A stretch of 38,156 nt of DNA, from NCBI RefSeq assembly GCF_001194135.2, contig NC_068997.1:21580917-21619072 (forward strand), given 5' to 3'. Position 1 is the first letter of the stretch, and the number at the start of each line of letters is the position of its first letter. Both the position numbers and the translations under genes were made by a program. Below, in pieces: positions 21,531-33,848 of this stretch. The DNA is from Octopus bimaculoides (lineage: Eukaryota). The notes beneath the pieces were generated by a model that was not told where the DNA came from, made no database searches, and saw nothing but the letters and a program-made list of their open reading frames with translations.

Positions 21531-23600
21531 TGTCTATTTGTAGGGCTGTCTACTGGTCAGAACCTGTCTTATTGTATAGCTGTGTATTCCCCTGTGTCTA
21601 ATTTATTTAACTTCGCACATAGCTTGTTAGTTATCTAAATACAGAAGTTTGGATCTTACTTGTTCAATCCCTACCCATCCATCTATGGGTGTTCTTCACT
21701 TTCCGTTTTTCTAAATAGTCGCTCACACGCAAACACACATCTACATCCATGTATATCAGCGCAGTTGTGTGTCTGTGTACATATATTTGTATGCATACAT
21801 GCATGTATATATATACATATATACATATACATACATACATACATACATATGTATATATATATATATATATATATGTATATANNNNNNNNNNNNNNNNNNN
21901 NNNNNNNNNNNNNNNNNNNNNNNNNNNNNNNNNNNNNNNNNNNNNNNNNNNNNNNNNNNNNNNNNNNNNNNNNNNNNNNNNNNNNNNNNNNNNNNNNNNN
22001 NNNNNNNNNNNNNNNNNNNNNNNNNNNNNNNNNNNNNNNNNNNNNNNNNNNNNNNNNNNNNNNNNNNNNNNNNNNNNNNNNNNNNNNNNNNNNNNNNNNN
22101 NNNNNNNNNNNNNNNNNNNNNNNNNNNNNNNNNNNNNNNNNNNNNNNNNNNNNNNNNNNNNNNNNNNNNNNNNNNNNNNNNNNNNNNNNNNNNNNNNNNN
22201 NNNNNNNNNNNNNNNNNNNNNNNNNNNNNNNNNNNNNNNNNNNNNNNNNNNNNNNNNNNNNNNNNNNNNNNNNNNNNNNNNNNNNNNNNNNNNNNNNNNN
22301 NNNNNNNNNNNNNNNNNNNNNNNNNNNNNNNNNNNNNNNNNNNNNNNNNNNNNNNNNNNNNNNNNNNNNNNNNNNNNNNNNNNNNNNNNNNNNNNNNNNN
22401 NNNNNNNNNNNNNNNNNNNNNNNNNNNNNNNAAAGAGGAATTTATAATACCTTCTTCCGATTAAGCCTGATACACGGATTATTATTATTTTTATTGTTTT
22501 TGTTGTTATTTTTGTTTGATTCTCGATCCAAATTTATTATAATGCCTTAAATGAATATTCAGTTTATGGCAGTATGACCAACAAAAATACCCTTTAAAAT
22601 ATTCACAAAATTTTTTACCACATTATTTACTATAATTAATTTTTAGGACTGAAAATAAAAACCGGAAAAAAGAAAAAGAAAGTAAAAATAGCTAAAATAT
22701 TCTGATTTATCGGAATTTATTGAGTGAAAATTACCTTTATCACTGAAAATCAGTATAAGTTCAGTTTTCAGTTGTTAGGTGTAAATATGGGGCTTTGTTT
22801 TAGATGTGATTGCTGATGGAAAAACGTGTAAATGTTGTGATAATGAAGTAAAGAAGCTTACGCATTAAATCATTTCTACTGGTATGTATGTATTCATGTA
22901 TATGTTTGTGTATATGTATCCTTCAAGCTTTAACACAGTTTCAGTGTATCAAATTTTACAAATTGAGTCTATGTCAAAAGGCGTTTGCGTAGGGATCCTT
23001 TCAGCGGGATCCGACCCAAGGTTACACCCATATGTCGAGTTCGATAATAAAGCGTGCCAATAAGGGGCAACAGATTTGTTGAACTGTAAGAGTTTCGGAA
23101 CGAATGCATAGCAGTATCTATTCCTGCTTTTTCTATTTTGAGTTCAAATCCTGCTATAACCTATGTGGATGGTAGAAAATCCGACACCTTAACAGTTACT
23201 TGAATGTCGTAACCAGAGTCCAATCAGTCTGCAAGACAGAGACCCGAGCCTCGAGTTTGAGGATAATTTCCTCCTTTGTCCCCTCCCATCAGTCTTACAG
23301 GCTCTATACAGGGCCATAGGCATTGCCTTCCCTGTTGAGTACGAAACTGAAAGAATATCGAATTTAATAACAGCAGGAGAGTGACGGGAGAAACAGAGTG
23401 CAAAGCCGCAGTGATAGGTATGAAGAGATACGGGTACGAGAGAGGGAGAGAAAGTATCAGGGGAGGGGGAGAAGGAGGGATAAAGATAGAGAGAGGAAGA
23501 GAGAGACAGAGACAGAGACAGAGACAGGCAGACAGAGGGAAAAAAGAGCTTACAGAGAATGTGGTAGTAGTTACATGTGGCTTCATTATATTCAAACACA

Positions 23601-23820
23601 AAGGCAGCGAGATGGCCAAAACGTTAGCACGGTGAGCGAAATGCTTAGCGGTATTTCGTCTGCCGTTACATTCTGAGTTCAAATTCCGCCGAGGTCGACT
23701 TTGCCTTTCATCCCTTGTGGGTCGATATATCAAATACCAGTTGCGTACTGGGGTCGAGGTAATCGACTATCCTTCTCCCCAAAACTTTCGGGCCTTGTGC
23801 TTAGAGTAGAAAATATTATA
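23601..23820 (+). mobile_element. SINE family B, full length
   Basis: aaggcagcgagatggccaaaacgttagcacgg..atgcttagcggtatttcgtctgccg..gagttcaaattccgccgaggtcgactttgcctttcatccc..gtactggggtcga..gggccttgtgcttagagtagaaaatattat. Confidence 0.93.
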
Positions 23821-23992
23821 TTTAAATACTGGTCTAGCGGCGTTCTATATGACGGTATAGTCTCAGTCTCTATAAACTGCTTGGGAGGGATATGGGTTAG
23901 GGATGTAGAGTGATAATGCAGAAGGAATGATAGAAACGAGAGAGAGAGAGAGAGAGAGAGAAACATGAGATTTATAAATGAAGCGCAAGTGC

Positions 23993-24507
23993 AGCTGGGT
24001 TGTATGAAGTATACTTCACAACAACATGGTTCCGGGTTTAGTCCCTCTGTGTGTGGTGCCTTGGACAAGTGTTATCTGCTATAACCTCGGGCCAAATAGA
24101 CCCTTGTGAGTGCATTTGGTAGACAGAGACTGAAAGAAGCCCGTTGAATATATATATACAGGTTGGCCCAAAAGTCACAAAAGGATCCAAAATTTAAAAA
24201 AAAATTCTTGTGATGACATTTTTTTTATCTGTAATATACAAGAGATGATTTTTCACACTTAATGTATATATATATCCTATATACATAGTGCGTATGGTGC
24301 TACTGTATTGTAAATGTAAAACAGAACATGAATTGGTTGCTGGTGTGTTTAGGTCCCCGTAACCTAGCGGTTCGGCAAAAAGAGACCAATAGAATAAGTA
24401 CTAGGCATCCAAAGAATAAGTCCCGGGGTCGATTTGCTCGATTAAAGGCGGTGCTCCAGCATGGCCGCAGTCTAATGACTGAAACAAGTAAAAGTGTAAA
24501 AGAGTAA
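23993..24507 (+). mobile_element. SINE family A, interrupted in its central (TA)n
   Basis: catggttccgggtttagtccc..ccttggacaagtg..ataacctcgggcc..gtagacagagactgaaagaagcccg; insert from 24157; 3' module resumes near 24339 and ends in gtaaaagtgtaaaagagt. Confidence 0.9.
24157..24233. mobile_element. Possible decayed Tc1-like MITE nested in SINE (TA)n
   Basis: Begins TACAGGTTGGCCCAAAAGTCAC and ends CTGTA; the TIR match beyond TACAG is poor. Confidence 0.3.
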
Positions 24508-24516
24508 TATATTCAG

Positions 24517-24665
24517 TTATTTGTTTCAGCCATGGGTCTGCGGTCATACTGGAGAACCACCGAGATTTTGTACTTTTGCATGCCATTACTTATATAATCC
24601 AAATCTATTATAGAGTTACTTGCCAATGTGGCATGTAGTAAGATCGAACTCTGAACAATGTCGGT
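24517..24665 (-). mobile_element. SINE family A, internally deleted, tail-to-tail with the previous copy
   Basis: ttatttgtttcagccatgggtctgcggtcatactggagaacc (3' end) and gagttacttgccaatgtggcatgtagtaagatcgaactctgaacaatg (head, reverse complement). Confidence 0.7.
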
Positions 24666-25382
24666 GATAGCGTGCCGAGTTATGCTGATGTATGTCTAGA
24701 TAAAGAGGCGAAGGACGAATTGTTACATATATTCCGTATACAGAGGGATAAACAGATATAATACAGACTCATACACATACATATATAGCATTGTTGGTTC
24801 AGTAGTGTGTGTGTGTGTGTGTGTGTATGTGGTTGTATGTATGCATGAATGTTTCTACGTATATATAGACGGAGAGCTACATCGTGGTCTTATGCGAGAA
24901 GTTTAGTATGAGAATTTACGGTGTACGTTTATAACAAATGCATGAATATGTGTTTGTGTGTGTCTCAGAGGGAGAAGGAGTGATTGGCAGAAAGAAGGAA
25001 TGAGAGAGATTGAAGTGGGGAGTGAGAGAAAAAAAAAACAGACATAAATAGATGGCTATGTAGAAAGTTTAAGCCAAGTAGTTTTAAAGGAGAAACAATT
25101 GGTCTTCTGTTTTAACCGAGAAGTGAAGGATCTTATATTTTTTGCTAACAAGATCAATATTACTGTTACAGCTATATAATTTAGTCATTAAAGTATCAGG
25201 TACGGTGCTTACATATTAGCTATCGCGTCTCTTTCTTGTATTTTACAATTTTTATGTGACTGGATAAACGCTCGTTCGTTGGCATTGTTCAGATAACGTT
25301 AACGAGAGCTCAAGTAAATGAATGAGATTTATGTATGACGTTTCTAAGTAATATTGATATTTAATATATGTACAAGTCCACA

Positions 25383-25560
25383 GAAGGTGGCGAGTTGCAC
25401 ATTGGACAAAATGCTTAGCGGCATTTACTTGGGCTCTTTAACTTCAGTGTTCAAATCCCATCAAAATCGACTGTTTTCCATCTCTTCGAGGTCTATGAAT
25501 TCCACTTGATTTTTCTTCAAAATTACTGGCCTCATGCCAAAATTAGAACGAATCATTAAG
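25383..25560 (+). mobile_element. SINE family B, degenerate
   Basis: aaggtggcgag..ggacaaaatgcttagcggcattt..gttcaaatccc..ggcctcatgccaaaattagaacgaatcattaa. Confidence 0.75.
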
Positions 25561-25567
25561 ACTGTAA

Positions 25568-25735
25568 GCAGGCGGAACCACTTGCGCGTTGGCAAAATGT
25601 TCGGTGACATTTCTTCGACTCACTAAAATTTTGCTGAGGTAAGCTTTGTTTTTTGTCCTTCCAGAGGTCGATAAAATAAAGTACCAGTCCAGTACTGAGT
25701 TTGAAATAATCGAATAGCACCTCGCTTCTAAAGTA
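25568..25735 (+). mobile_element. SINE family B, degenerate, tandem to the previous copy
   Basis: ggcaaaatgttcggtgacatttc..gctgaggtaagctttg..ccttccagaggtcgataaaataaagtaccagtccagtactg. Confidence 0.7.
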
Positions 25736-26444
25736 ACCTTGTAACTATATTATTTAGAATGAAATTAAAAAGAATTCGGTGAAATCTTTGCTTTTTTTCC
25801 ACTGTGTGTGTGTGTGTACGTGTGTTTGTGTGTGTGAGTGTGTGTATCTGTCTGTGTGTGTGTATGTACTTGTTGAATAAACCACTAACGGCAAAGCGTA
25901 AAATTCAAGTCGAACCAATATTAACAATAAAATTTTACTATACAAAATGTATACAATCCCAGTATCAGTATGTGTTGCTGTTTTTTTCTTCAAGTGGATC
26001 AACAATACTAAATAATCAATCACCATATATATATATATTCCAACAATGACCATAAATTTCAAGTGTGGAGTCTGACAGCCCCACCAATTAGAAAGACCTA
26101 CGATAAACGCAACACCATGTTGTTCACCAACAACATAAACATCAGAGTAAATATTTTCATACTGAAGATAGAACTGGAAATGTTTTGAAACGTTTTACAA
26201 AGTAAAATAGACGTTCTTATTTTCTTGGTATTCCAAACGATAACATAAATAACTCAAACGTTAGAACGAAAAAATATCTATTATAAATAGTTAAGTCTGG
26301 AACCAAATACCTGCAGAGGTTCTTTTTAAAATTGGTAAACCTAAGAATGTTCAATATATGTCTTTTCTGTGACAGTCGCTCCAATTTTGTCTTTCATATA
26401 ATTTACCATGAATTGAATGAAATCTGATCATACATATATTATTA

Positions 26445-26765
26445 TTTATTCATTTCTTTCGCTGGTTTTATTAATTTGACTGCGGTCGTGCTGAGGTACC
26501 GACCTGGAGGGATTTATTCGAACAAATAGACCCCAGTACTTTTATCCAACTCCCTTCTATAGTACAAAGACATAATGACACCAACGCTAGTTTTCAGATA
26601 TGACTTATACAAAGACATACACAGAAATACGACCTATTCCACAGTATTTCCACCTACAACTGCCCAATTCACTCACGACACACTAGCCGAAGTTGCCGTG
26701 CAATGGTCCGAACGCGAAACGACGCGGTTATGAAGCAAACCTCTTAACCGTATTGTCATCTCGCT
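26445..26765 (-). mobile_element. SINE family A, old copy
   Basis: atttgactgcggtcgtgctg..ttcgaacaaatagaccccagtactt..acacagaaatacgac..ccaattcactcacg..gaacgcgaaacgacgcggtt. Confidence 0.65.
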
Positions 26766-27140
26766 GAATCTATATGCATTCGTATATTCTTTCATTGTTT
26801 TCATAGATTCAGTTATTGGACTGCAGCCATACTGTAGTAATTACTTTATCGGTTGCTGTTCCTTTGTTTAATAGCTATGTTACGAGATATTAATTGGGGA
26901 GAAACATAATCAGCAACGCAGATTTTTGACTAGCGTAAGCATAAAAACAGACGCGGTCACACACTTATGCAACGTATAATATCATGAGAGCATCACCATC
27001 CCAGAGTCTGTTGATAGTCGATGATAAGAGTCCGTATGAGTCGTATCAAAAGTTTAAGTCCATCTATCTCCTACATTGTTGTCGGTTTTAAGTTGCAATA
27101 GTTCGATATTCAGTCTCAATAATCTCTCTATATCATTCAT

Positions 27141-27335
27141 AGGGCGGTAGGCTAACGGAAGTTTTAAAGTGTCGAGGAAAATATCACGTGATATTAAGTT
27201 ACGAATTTTAACACTGTGACTTTAACTACCGCCGAGTTCAAGATAAAGTTAAAATACCAGTCAAGTACTGGGTCGTAAGTCATCTACTAACATCCCCACT
27301 TCTTGTGTCTGAATTAGGAACCATTTTTATTATTG
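27141..27335 (+). mobile_element. SINE family B, highly degenerate
   Basis: aaaataccagtcaagtactgggtcg..cttgtgtctgaattaggaaccatttttattatt tail. Confidence 0.5.
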
Positions 27336-27504
27336 CCGTCCTTGTCTTCATCCTCATGTTTCAATCTTTCTTTGCCAGCCATTACAACATCACCAAAGGA
27401 AAAGTTCATGTTCCTTTGATGTGGAGTCGAACATTAAGCATTGGTTTAGCTTTTTAAAAAATCTATTAGAAATATTTTTATTCAGACAATGCTTCATGAA
27501 AATT

Positions 27505-27579
<75 letters not shown>
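27505..27579. repeat. (CTA)n microsatellite
   Basis: Read directly. Confidence 0.97.
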
Positions 27580-27676
27580 TACTCTTTTATTCGTTTACTT
27601 GTATCATTCATGTGACTACGACTATGCTGGAGAAGCACCTTAAGGGGGTTTAGTCGAAGAAATCGCCCCCACGACT
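27580..27676 (-). mobile_element. SINE family A 3' end (rest in gap)
   Basis: tactcttttattcg..gtgactacgactatgctggagaagcaccttaagggggtttagtcgaagaaatcg. Confidence 0.75.
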
Positions 27677-28939
27677 NNNNNNNNNNNNNNNNNNNNNNNN
27701 NNNNNNNNNNNNNNNNNNNNNNNNNNNNNNNNNNNNNNNNNNNNNNNNNNNNNNNNNNNNNNNNNNNNNNNNNNNNNNNNNNNNNNNNNNNNNNNNNNNN
27801 NNNNNNNNNNNNNNNNNNNNNNNNNNNNNNNNNNNNNNNNNNNNNNNNNNNNNNNNNNNNNNNNNNNNNNNNNNNNNNNNNNNNNNNNNNNNNNNNNNNN
27901 NNNNNNNNNNNNNNNNNNNNNNNNNNNNNNNNNNNNNNNNNNNNNNNNNNNNNNNNNNNNNNNNNNNNNNNNNNNNNNNNNNNNNNNNNNNNNNNNNNNN
28001 NNNNNNNNNNNNNNNNNNNNNNNNNNNNNNNNNNNNNNNNNNNNNNNNNNNNNNNNNNNNNNNNNNNNNNNNNNNNNNNNNNNNNNNNNNNNNNNNNNNN
28101 NNNNNNNNNNNNNNNNNNNNNNNNNNNNNNNNATAACACATGCAAGCAGTCAACGATTGTCTAGGTCCACATACAGTAAAAGCCAATGATTTCCATGAAA
28201 GCACTACATTTTTAATCAACACATCTATAAAACATCAGCGTAGCAAACAGTTTATTTTTCTCTGGGGAACAATATATACAATACAACACGCATACGTACA
28301 TGCGTGCATACTCTCATACTAACATAAATGCATAAATATATCCACACACAGAACCACACGCACGCGTTGGTACACACACACACATAGATATGAATCCAGC
28401 CAAATTGACACACACGCACACTAATAGGATAAAAAGTGTCCCACATTTCGAAAGAAGAAAAATCAGATGTTTTGTTGTCGTAAACATAACATCAATCTTC
28501 ATCGAGAAAGGAAACATGTGCAGAAATTTATAAAACTCATAAAAAAAAAAAAAACGTAACAACTAACGTTAACAGCAACAACAAAAACAAATAAATACTT
28601 TCAACAACGAGAATGACGATGTGAATAACATAGACATCAGCGGCAACAATTATACGAACAGAGATATCAACAACTAGAGCAGCCTTCATTAATCTATAAG
28701 ACAAGCGTTCATTAGTGCATATGTTGACCTCTTATTAAGTACAGACACTTCACTAAAAAAGAAAAACAGAAATTAGTTCTTTGTATAGTTGTACAAAGAA
28801 GAGAAGTAATTAAGCATTCCGTAGTTGAAGCAAACTTTTATAAGAATAAAAATACAAACAGTATTGTAGCAAAATATAGCGAAGGAAACTGAGAATTTAA
28901 AAGTAGGTAAATAATGTTCCTTCCGTCTCCTATTTTCTA

Positions 28940-28973
<34 letters not shown>

Positions 28974-28977
28974 GATT

Positions 28978-29105
28978 AAAGCAGGGAGCTGGCACAGTCG
29001 TTTGCATGCCGGGCAAAATGCTTAGCGGCATTTTCGTCCGTCTGAGTTCTGAGTTCAAATTACACCAAGGTCGACGACTTTGCCTTTCATCCTTTCGGCA
29101 TCGAT
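28978..29105 (+). mobile_element. SINE family B, 3'-truncated by microsatellite
   Basis: aaagcagggagctggcacagtcg..gggcaaaatgcttagcggcatttt..gagttcaaatt..gactttgcctttcatcctttcgg; starts immediately after (ATT)n. Confidence 0.88.
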
Positions 29106-29129
29106 GTATGCATGTTTATACACGCGCAC

Positions 29130-29191
<62 letters not shown>

Positions 29192-30734
29192 TTAAGCAAG
29201 TTCAAGGATAAGAAGGGAAAAGCTCTACTGATTGCGGGACTCAAGACTGAAAGTAGATCCAAATTTGATATAAACCCCGTTGGAACTGAGTTTCGCCTAA
29301 CGGCATATTCAACCAGTCGGATTGCATACATCGTTAGCTGAAACTTATAGTATAATTCTAGCAATGAAAATCAAATATACACTTTATACCTGCTGAAACA
29401 CTTTGAAATGGTTTGTTTGGAGTCTTCAGCACAAGAAATAAGATATCTCCTGGCAAACACAATGATAGAAGTCTTCTTATTAACTTTGAAAGAGCAATAT
29501 CTATATTACAAACTGTGTTTCAAAACTTCAGCCTGCCTGTGTATCTATCCATTGTGCTCTCTGTATATCTATATACAACTGTTTGTTTGTGTGTATGTGT
29601 GTGTGTTCTGTGTTTGTGTGTGTGTGTGTGTGTGTGCGTGGAAGAGTCATATATATGTATGCATTTAAGTTTATAAATATGAATATGTATGTGTATGTAT
29701 GTATATACTTCACACGTGCCTGTGTAGATATGTATGTGTGTATGTGAGTGTGTGTGTATATATGCCCACACTTGTGCATATGTAAATATGGATTTGTGTA
29801 AATATGGATATGTTTGTATATACATATATGATATGCATATGTATATACCTGTATACTTATACATAAATGTATGTATTTATACATATATATGCACACACAT
29901 AAACACACATAAAAGCACGTACGCACTCACATATATATTAGTGTATATGTCGGTATATTTGTGAGTGAATGAACTGTGTATGTTTGGGTGTGATTGTATA
30001 TGTCTGTAGGTCTATGAACTTATACGTTTGTGTTTACAGAGTTTCAGAAATTTTTATTACCTTCATAAACGTTTCTTTTGGTAACCCAATACAGATACAA
30101 GCGTGGAATATGTTAGTGTGAAACTGTACCGAATTATTATTTCACGATGCAAGTATTAATATGTATTAAAGTTTATAAAACCAAATAGTTTCATATTATT
30201 GCGTAGCTATTTTCGATTCATCTGCATGTTATATCCGTGGTAATCCTGTTAGATTATTCAATATTACACGTGGGACCGATTATTTAGCATGACATCTGCT
30301 TAGTAACAGAAAATTTATCAATTGCTATATCTCTATCAATGAGTTAGCGTCACATCGACCATTCTCTCGAAATTTGAGTCTGATCTGTGATTTAACAGTG
30401 AAATATGGTATCATGAATGCTGCGTCTAACTGATTACCGAACATTGCTGTCTCTTATGTACCCTCTGGCTGAAATCGAATTTTACCTGTTTGTCTCCGGA
30501 CAACCATTTAAAATTTTAGCCATTCCGGATTTGATTAAGCATCGTCTCCGAGGAATAATGAGCATAATCGGAACTGGTTTTGATTTTAGTGGACATTTGC
30601 CAAGCGAGTTCTCGGAACTGGTTTGAATAATGTTCCAGTGATATCTTGTACGTGTGTTATGGTTGTTTACGCTTATATATAACCGTATTTGTTTTTGCTT
30701 GTAAGTTCTCCCTCCCCAGCGAGGTTAATCATAC

Positions 30735-30940
30735 AATGTAGGTTCGATTCCTGGATGAGTTATTTCAATTTATTCACTTTTTGAGCTTTTAATTACCGTC
30801 TAAGAATCTTCTGGAACGTTGTTGAAATTGCAAGAAATTACAGCAAAACTTTCATCAAATAACACCTAACTATCTGAAAGGAAATAACGCACGCACTCAC
30901 AGCGCAATGTATTTATAAAAGTTTGGTTAGTCACGATTAG
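30735..30940 (+). mobile_element. Dispersed repeat family C with B-box-like head
   Basis: gtaggttcgattcctgg followed by gaaattgcaagaaattacagcaaaactttcatcaaataacacc, similar to 17470-17520. Confidence 0.4.
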
Positions 30941-31239
30941 TATACCTTTCATATTAAGTCAATTTGTACATATATGATCTAAGAGTGAACTGCACCGTGC
31001 AATTTCGCGCCGCTGGAAGGCTTTTGTGCTATCACAAGTACATCAGCAAACTTAGTAGACTTTTCTTTGCTGTCCTAACTTCAGCAAACCACTGAAAAAT
31101 CAGTAACGCCATCGAGCTTCCGCCACAATCGCCAAAGTGGCATTCAGAAATCAGATCTAACAATGGGCCTTGAGAAAGACTGAGAATGCAGTGAATGGGT
31201 TGGGGGAGAAAGAGAACCCTGCTAAGTTTATCAACTAAA

Positions 31240-31606
31240 TCTTCTTCTTCCTCCTCTTCCTCCTTTTCTTCCTCTTTTCTTCCTCTTTTCTTCCTCCCTT
31301 CTCTTCCTTCTTCTTTCTCCCCTTCTCTTCCTTCTTCTTCTCCTTCCTCCACCTCCTCCTCTTCGTTCTTCTTTTTCTTCCTCCTTCTGCTTCTCCTCCA
31401 CCATATCCTCTTCTTCCTTTTTTCTTCCTTCTTCTTTCTCCTCCCTTCGTTCTTCTTCTTCTTCTTCTTCTTCTTCTTCTTCTTCTTCTTCTTCTTCTTC
31501 TTCTTCTTCTTCTTCTTCTTCTTCTTCTTCTTCTTCTTCTTCTTCTTCTTCTTCTTCTTCTTCTTCTTCTTCTTCTTCTTCTTCTTCTTCTTCTTCTTCT
31601 TCTTCT
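31240..31606. repeat. Polypyrimidine tract ending in about 52 perfect TTC units
   Basis: Degenerate CT-rich 31240-31449, perfect (TTC)n 31450-31606. Confidence 0.98.
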
Positions 31607-32359
31607 CAATTCATACTTACCTTTATATAATTCCATATAACGTTTCTCCTTTCCTTTAAGTAACATTTCATATCGTGTTTTAAATGTTTTAAGGGATTAG
31701 ACATCCTTCTCGTAGTTACAGCCACCTTTCTTCTCATTATCATAACCACTGAATTTACACAGTGACATTGTTGAGAATTAACAGCAGCATCTCTCGCCAT
31801 CTTCATTATTAATATAACCACGATTTAATTTTATTATCACAATTATTATTTATCCTGTCTCTCATTGTCATTACAGATATTGTTGTCGTTGTTGCTGATG
31901 CTAATTGACATAAACGTTAAAAAAAATTTTTTTCCATATTTATGAGGATATTTTATCGCCATAATTCGATTTAATCACCAACCAGAGACTTTTATATAGT
32001 TTCGAATTGAGAAAATATTACCGCCTTCACTTTGATGAAATAAATAACTATTAAAAAAACAAATGAAGATCAGAGACAAATTTGAAATAATTAGGCATCT
32101 TCAGAGAGGTCTTGGAATACAACCAGGCGTGTTAACAGAAATCCTCGTGTTACAATCATCGGAAACCGGCATCACTTAGAAAATTATACGGGTTACAAAG
32201 CAAGACCTACAAATTCTTTAATAATTTTCAGTGTTTAAACATAGAGAAATAAATGTCAAATATAGACATAGAAAAACAATAATCAAAAACTTAGGCGCGC
32301 GCACACATACACACACAAACACAGATACATGCATTTTGATATATTTAAAGTGTTAGTAA

Positions 32360-32445
32360 GATGGCTAGCTGGCAGAATCGTCATGGCGGCATTTCGTCGT
32401 CCGTCTTCACTTCCTGAGTTCAAATTCTGCCGAAGTCAAATGATT
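32360..32445 (+). mobile_element. SINE family B 5' fragment
   Basis: gctagctggcagaatcg..ggcggcatttcgtc..ctgagttcaaattctgccgaagtc. Confidence 0.75.
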
Positions 32446-32669
32446 TGATTGTAATATTATACTCTGAAAAGAACTGAATACAACTTAAAAGGAATAGCGC
32501 ATTTTCTCATTTTAATTATTACTTTTTCACATATATATGTATTAATGCATGCATGGAAATATGTGTGTATGGGTGCGTGAATATATATACATACATACAT
32601 ATACTCACACACACACACACACACACACTCACACACACACATGTATATATATATATATATATATATAAA

Positions 32670-32849
32670 ACCAACCCCGAAAAGGTCTAATTTATTTTCT
32701 CTCCTAGCAGCGTCCGGATTTGAACACAACCAGCTGGCATACATCCCAANNNNNNNNNNCTAGCAGCGTCCGGATTTGAACACAACCAGCTGGCATACAT
32801 CCCAAAGCATTTTGTTCGCCTATGCTTTAAGAACTCTACCAATTTAGCA

Positions 32850-32852
<3 letters not shown>
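32670..32852 (-). mobile_element. SINE family B fragment spanning a 10-N gap
   Basis: ggatttgaacac..aaagcattttgttcg..ctctaccaatttagcacc is the reverse complement of the head. Confidence 0.55.
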
Positions 32853-32886
<34 letters not shown>

Positions 32887-33377
32887 GTTGTTGTATAATA
32901 AATGCATATTCAATTTCTGAACTTCAAATCCAATGTTATTTAGGCACTGAATATAGAAAGAAAAGAAAAAAAAAAAAAAAAAAAAAANNNNNNNNNNNNN
33001 NNNNNNNNNNNNNNNNNNNNNNNNNNNNNNNNNNNNNNNNNNNNNNNNNNNNNNNNNNNNNNNNNNNNNNNNNNNNNNNNNNNNNNNNNNNNNNNNNNNN
33101 NNNNNNNNNNNNNNNNNNNNNNNNNNNNNNNNNNNNNNNNNNNNNNNNNNNNNNNNNNNNNNNNNNNNNNNNNNNNNNNNNNNNNNNNNNNNNNNNNNNN
33201 NNNNNNNNNNNNNNNNNNNNNNNNNNNATATATATTAGTTCTTATCTTATCCTCAAACTTTAAAACTAATACCTTCTCTATAATCTTTTCCTCCAACACA
33301 ATCACCAACGAGGAACATTCCCACCATAATCACCAAGTAAATATTGCAGCATAAATAACAAAAGCAAATGAACAACA

Positions 33378-33392
33378 GTAATAATAATAAAG

Positions 33393-33450
<58 letters not shown>
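33378..33450. repeat. (AAT)n microsatellite
   Basis: Read directly; source of the poly-Asn ORF. Confidence 0.97.
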
Positions 33451-33452
<2 letters not shown>

Positions 33453-33819
33453 TAAAGTTGTATTCTTTTCGATCCTCTCTTGATATAAAGTGGCAGGTAT
33501 TCACCTTAAGCTCTCGGTTGTTAAGGCAACTCCACCTTCCACTCATACACAACTTATTGTTGGGTAGAAATATTTTCGTGCAGATCTCCGGTTGTTGCAC
33601 ACTCGTGTGCACGCAATAATACACGCACGCACGCACAAATTACTGACAAAATACACACATGCATACTGACATCACATACACATATCGGATTCTTAAATCG
33701 CTTACCAGACTTTTAGATTCTGTCTAGTTTTATGGTAATATAATGAAGTTTTGCGTTGAACGCTTCTCCGTCTTCTAGCTTTGTGTGCTCTTAGTTCTCC
33801 GGTTCTCTCTTTACTTCAG

Positions 33820-33848
33820 CCTGACACAATTAGCAATTTAAATGTCAG
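33820..33848 (+). other. Candidate 29-nt exon
   Basis: Acceptor ttctccggttctctctttacttcag, donor CAG|GTAATA; only phase 0 is open (PDTISNLNV). Confidence 0.22.

Noticed and set aside
30417-30626. 69-aa ORF in unique sequence with a 13-bp direct repeat (tcggaactggttt x2)
   Set aside because: No recognisable homology or convincing splice or start context; the length is within chance expectation.
32063-32179. Short frame MKIRDKFEIIRHLQRGLGIQPGVLTEILVLQSSETGIT* and a CTGAAGA box on the minus strand
   Set aside because: Only 38 codons with no support; the minus-strand motif lacks a downstream GAAA, so it is not a hammerhead.
32704-32805. Exact 46-bp direct repeat (32704-32749 and 32760-32805)
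   Set aside because: Separated only by a 10-N placeholder gap; assembly overlap artefact.
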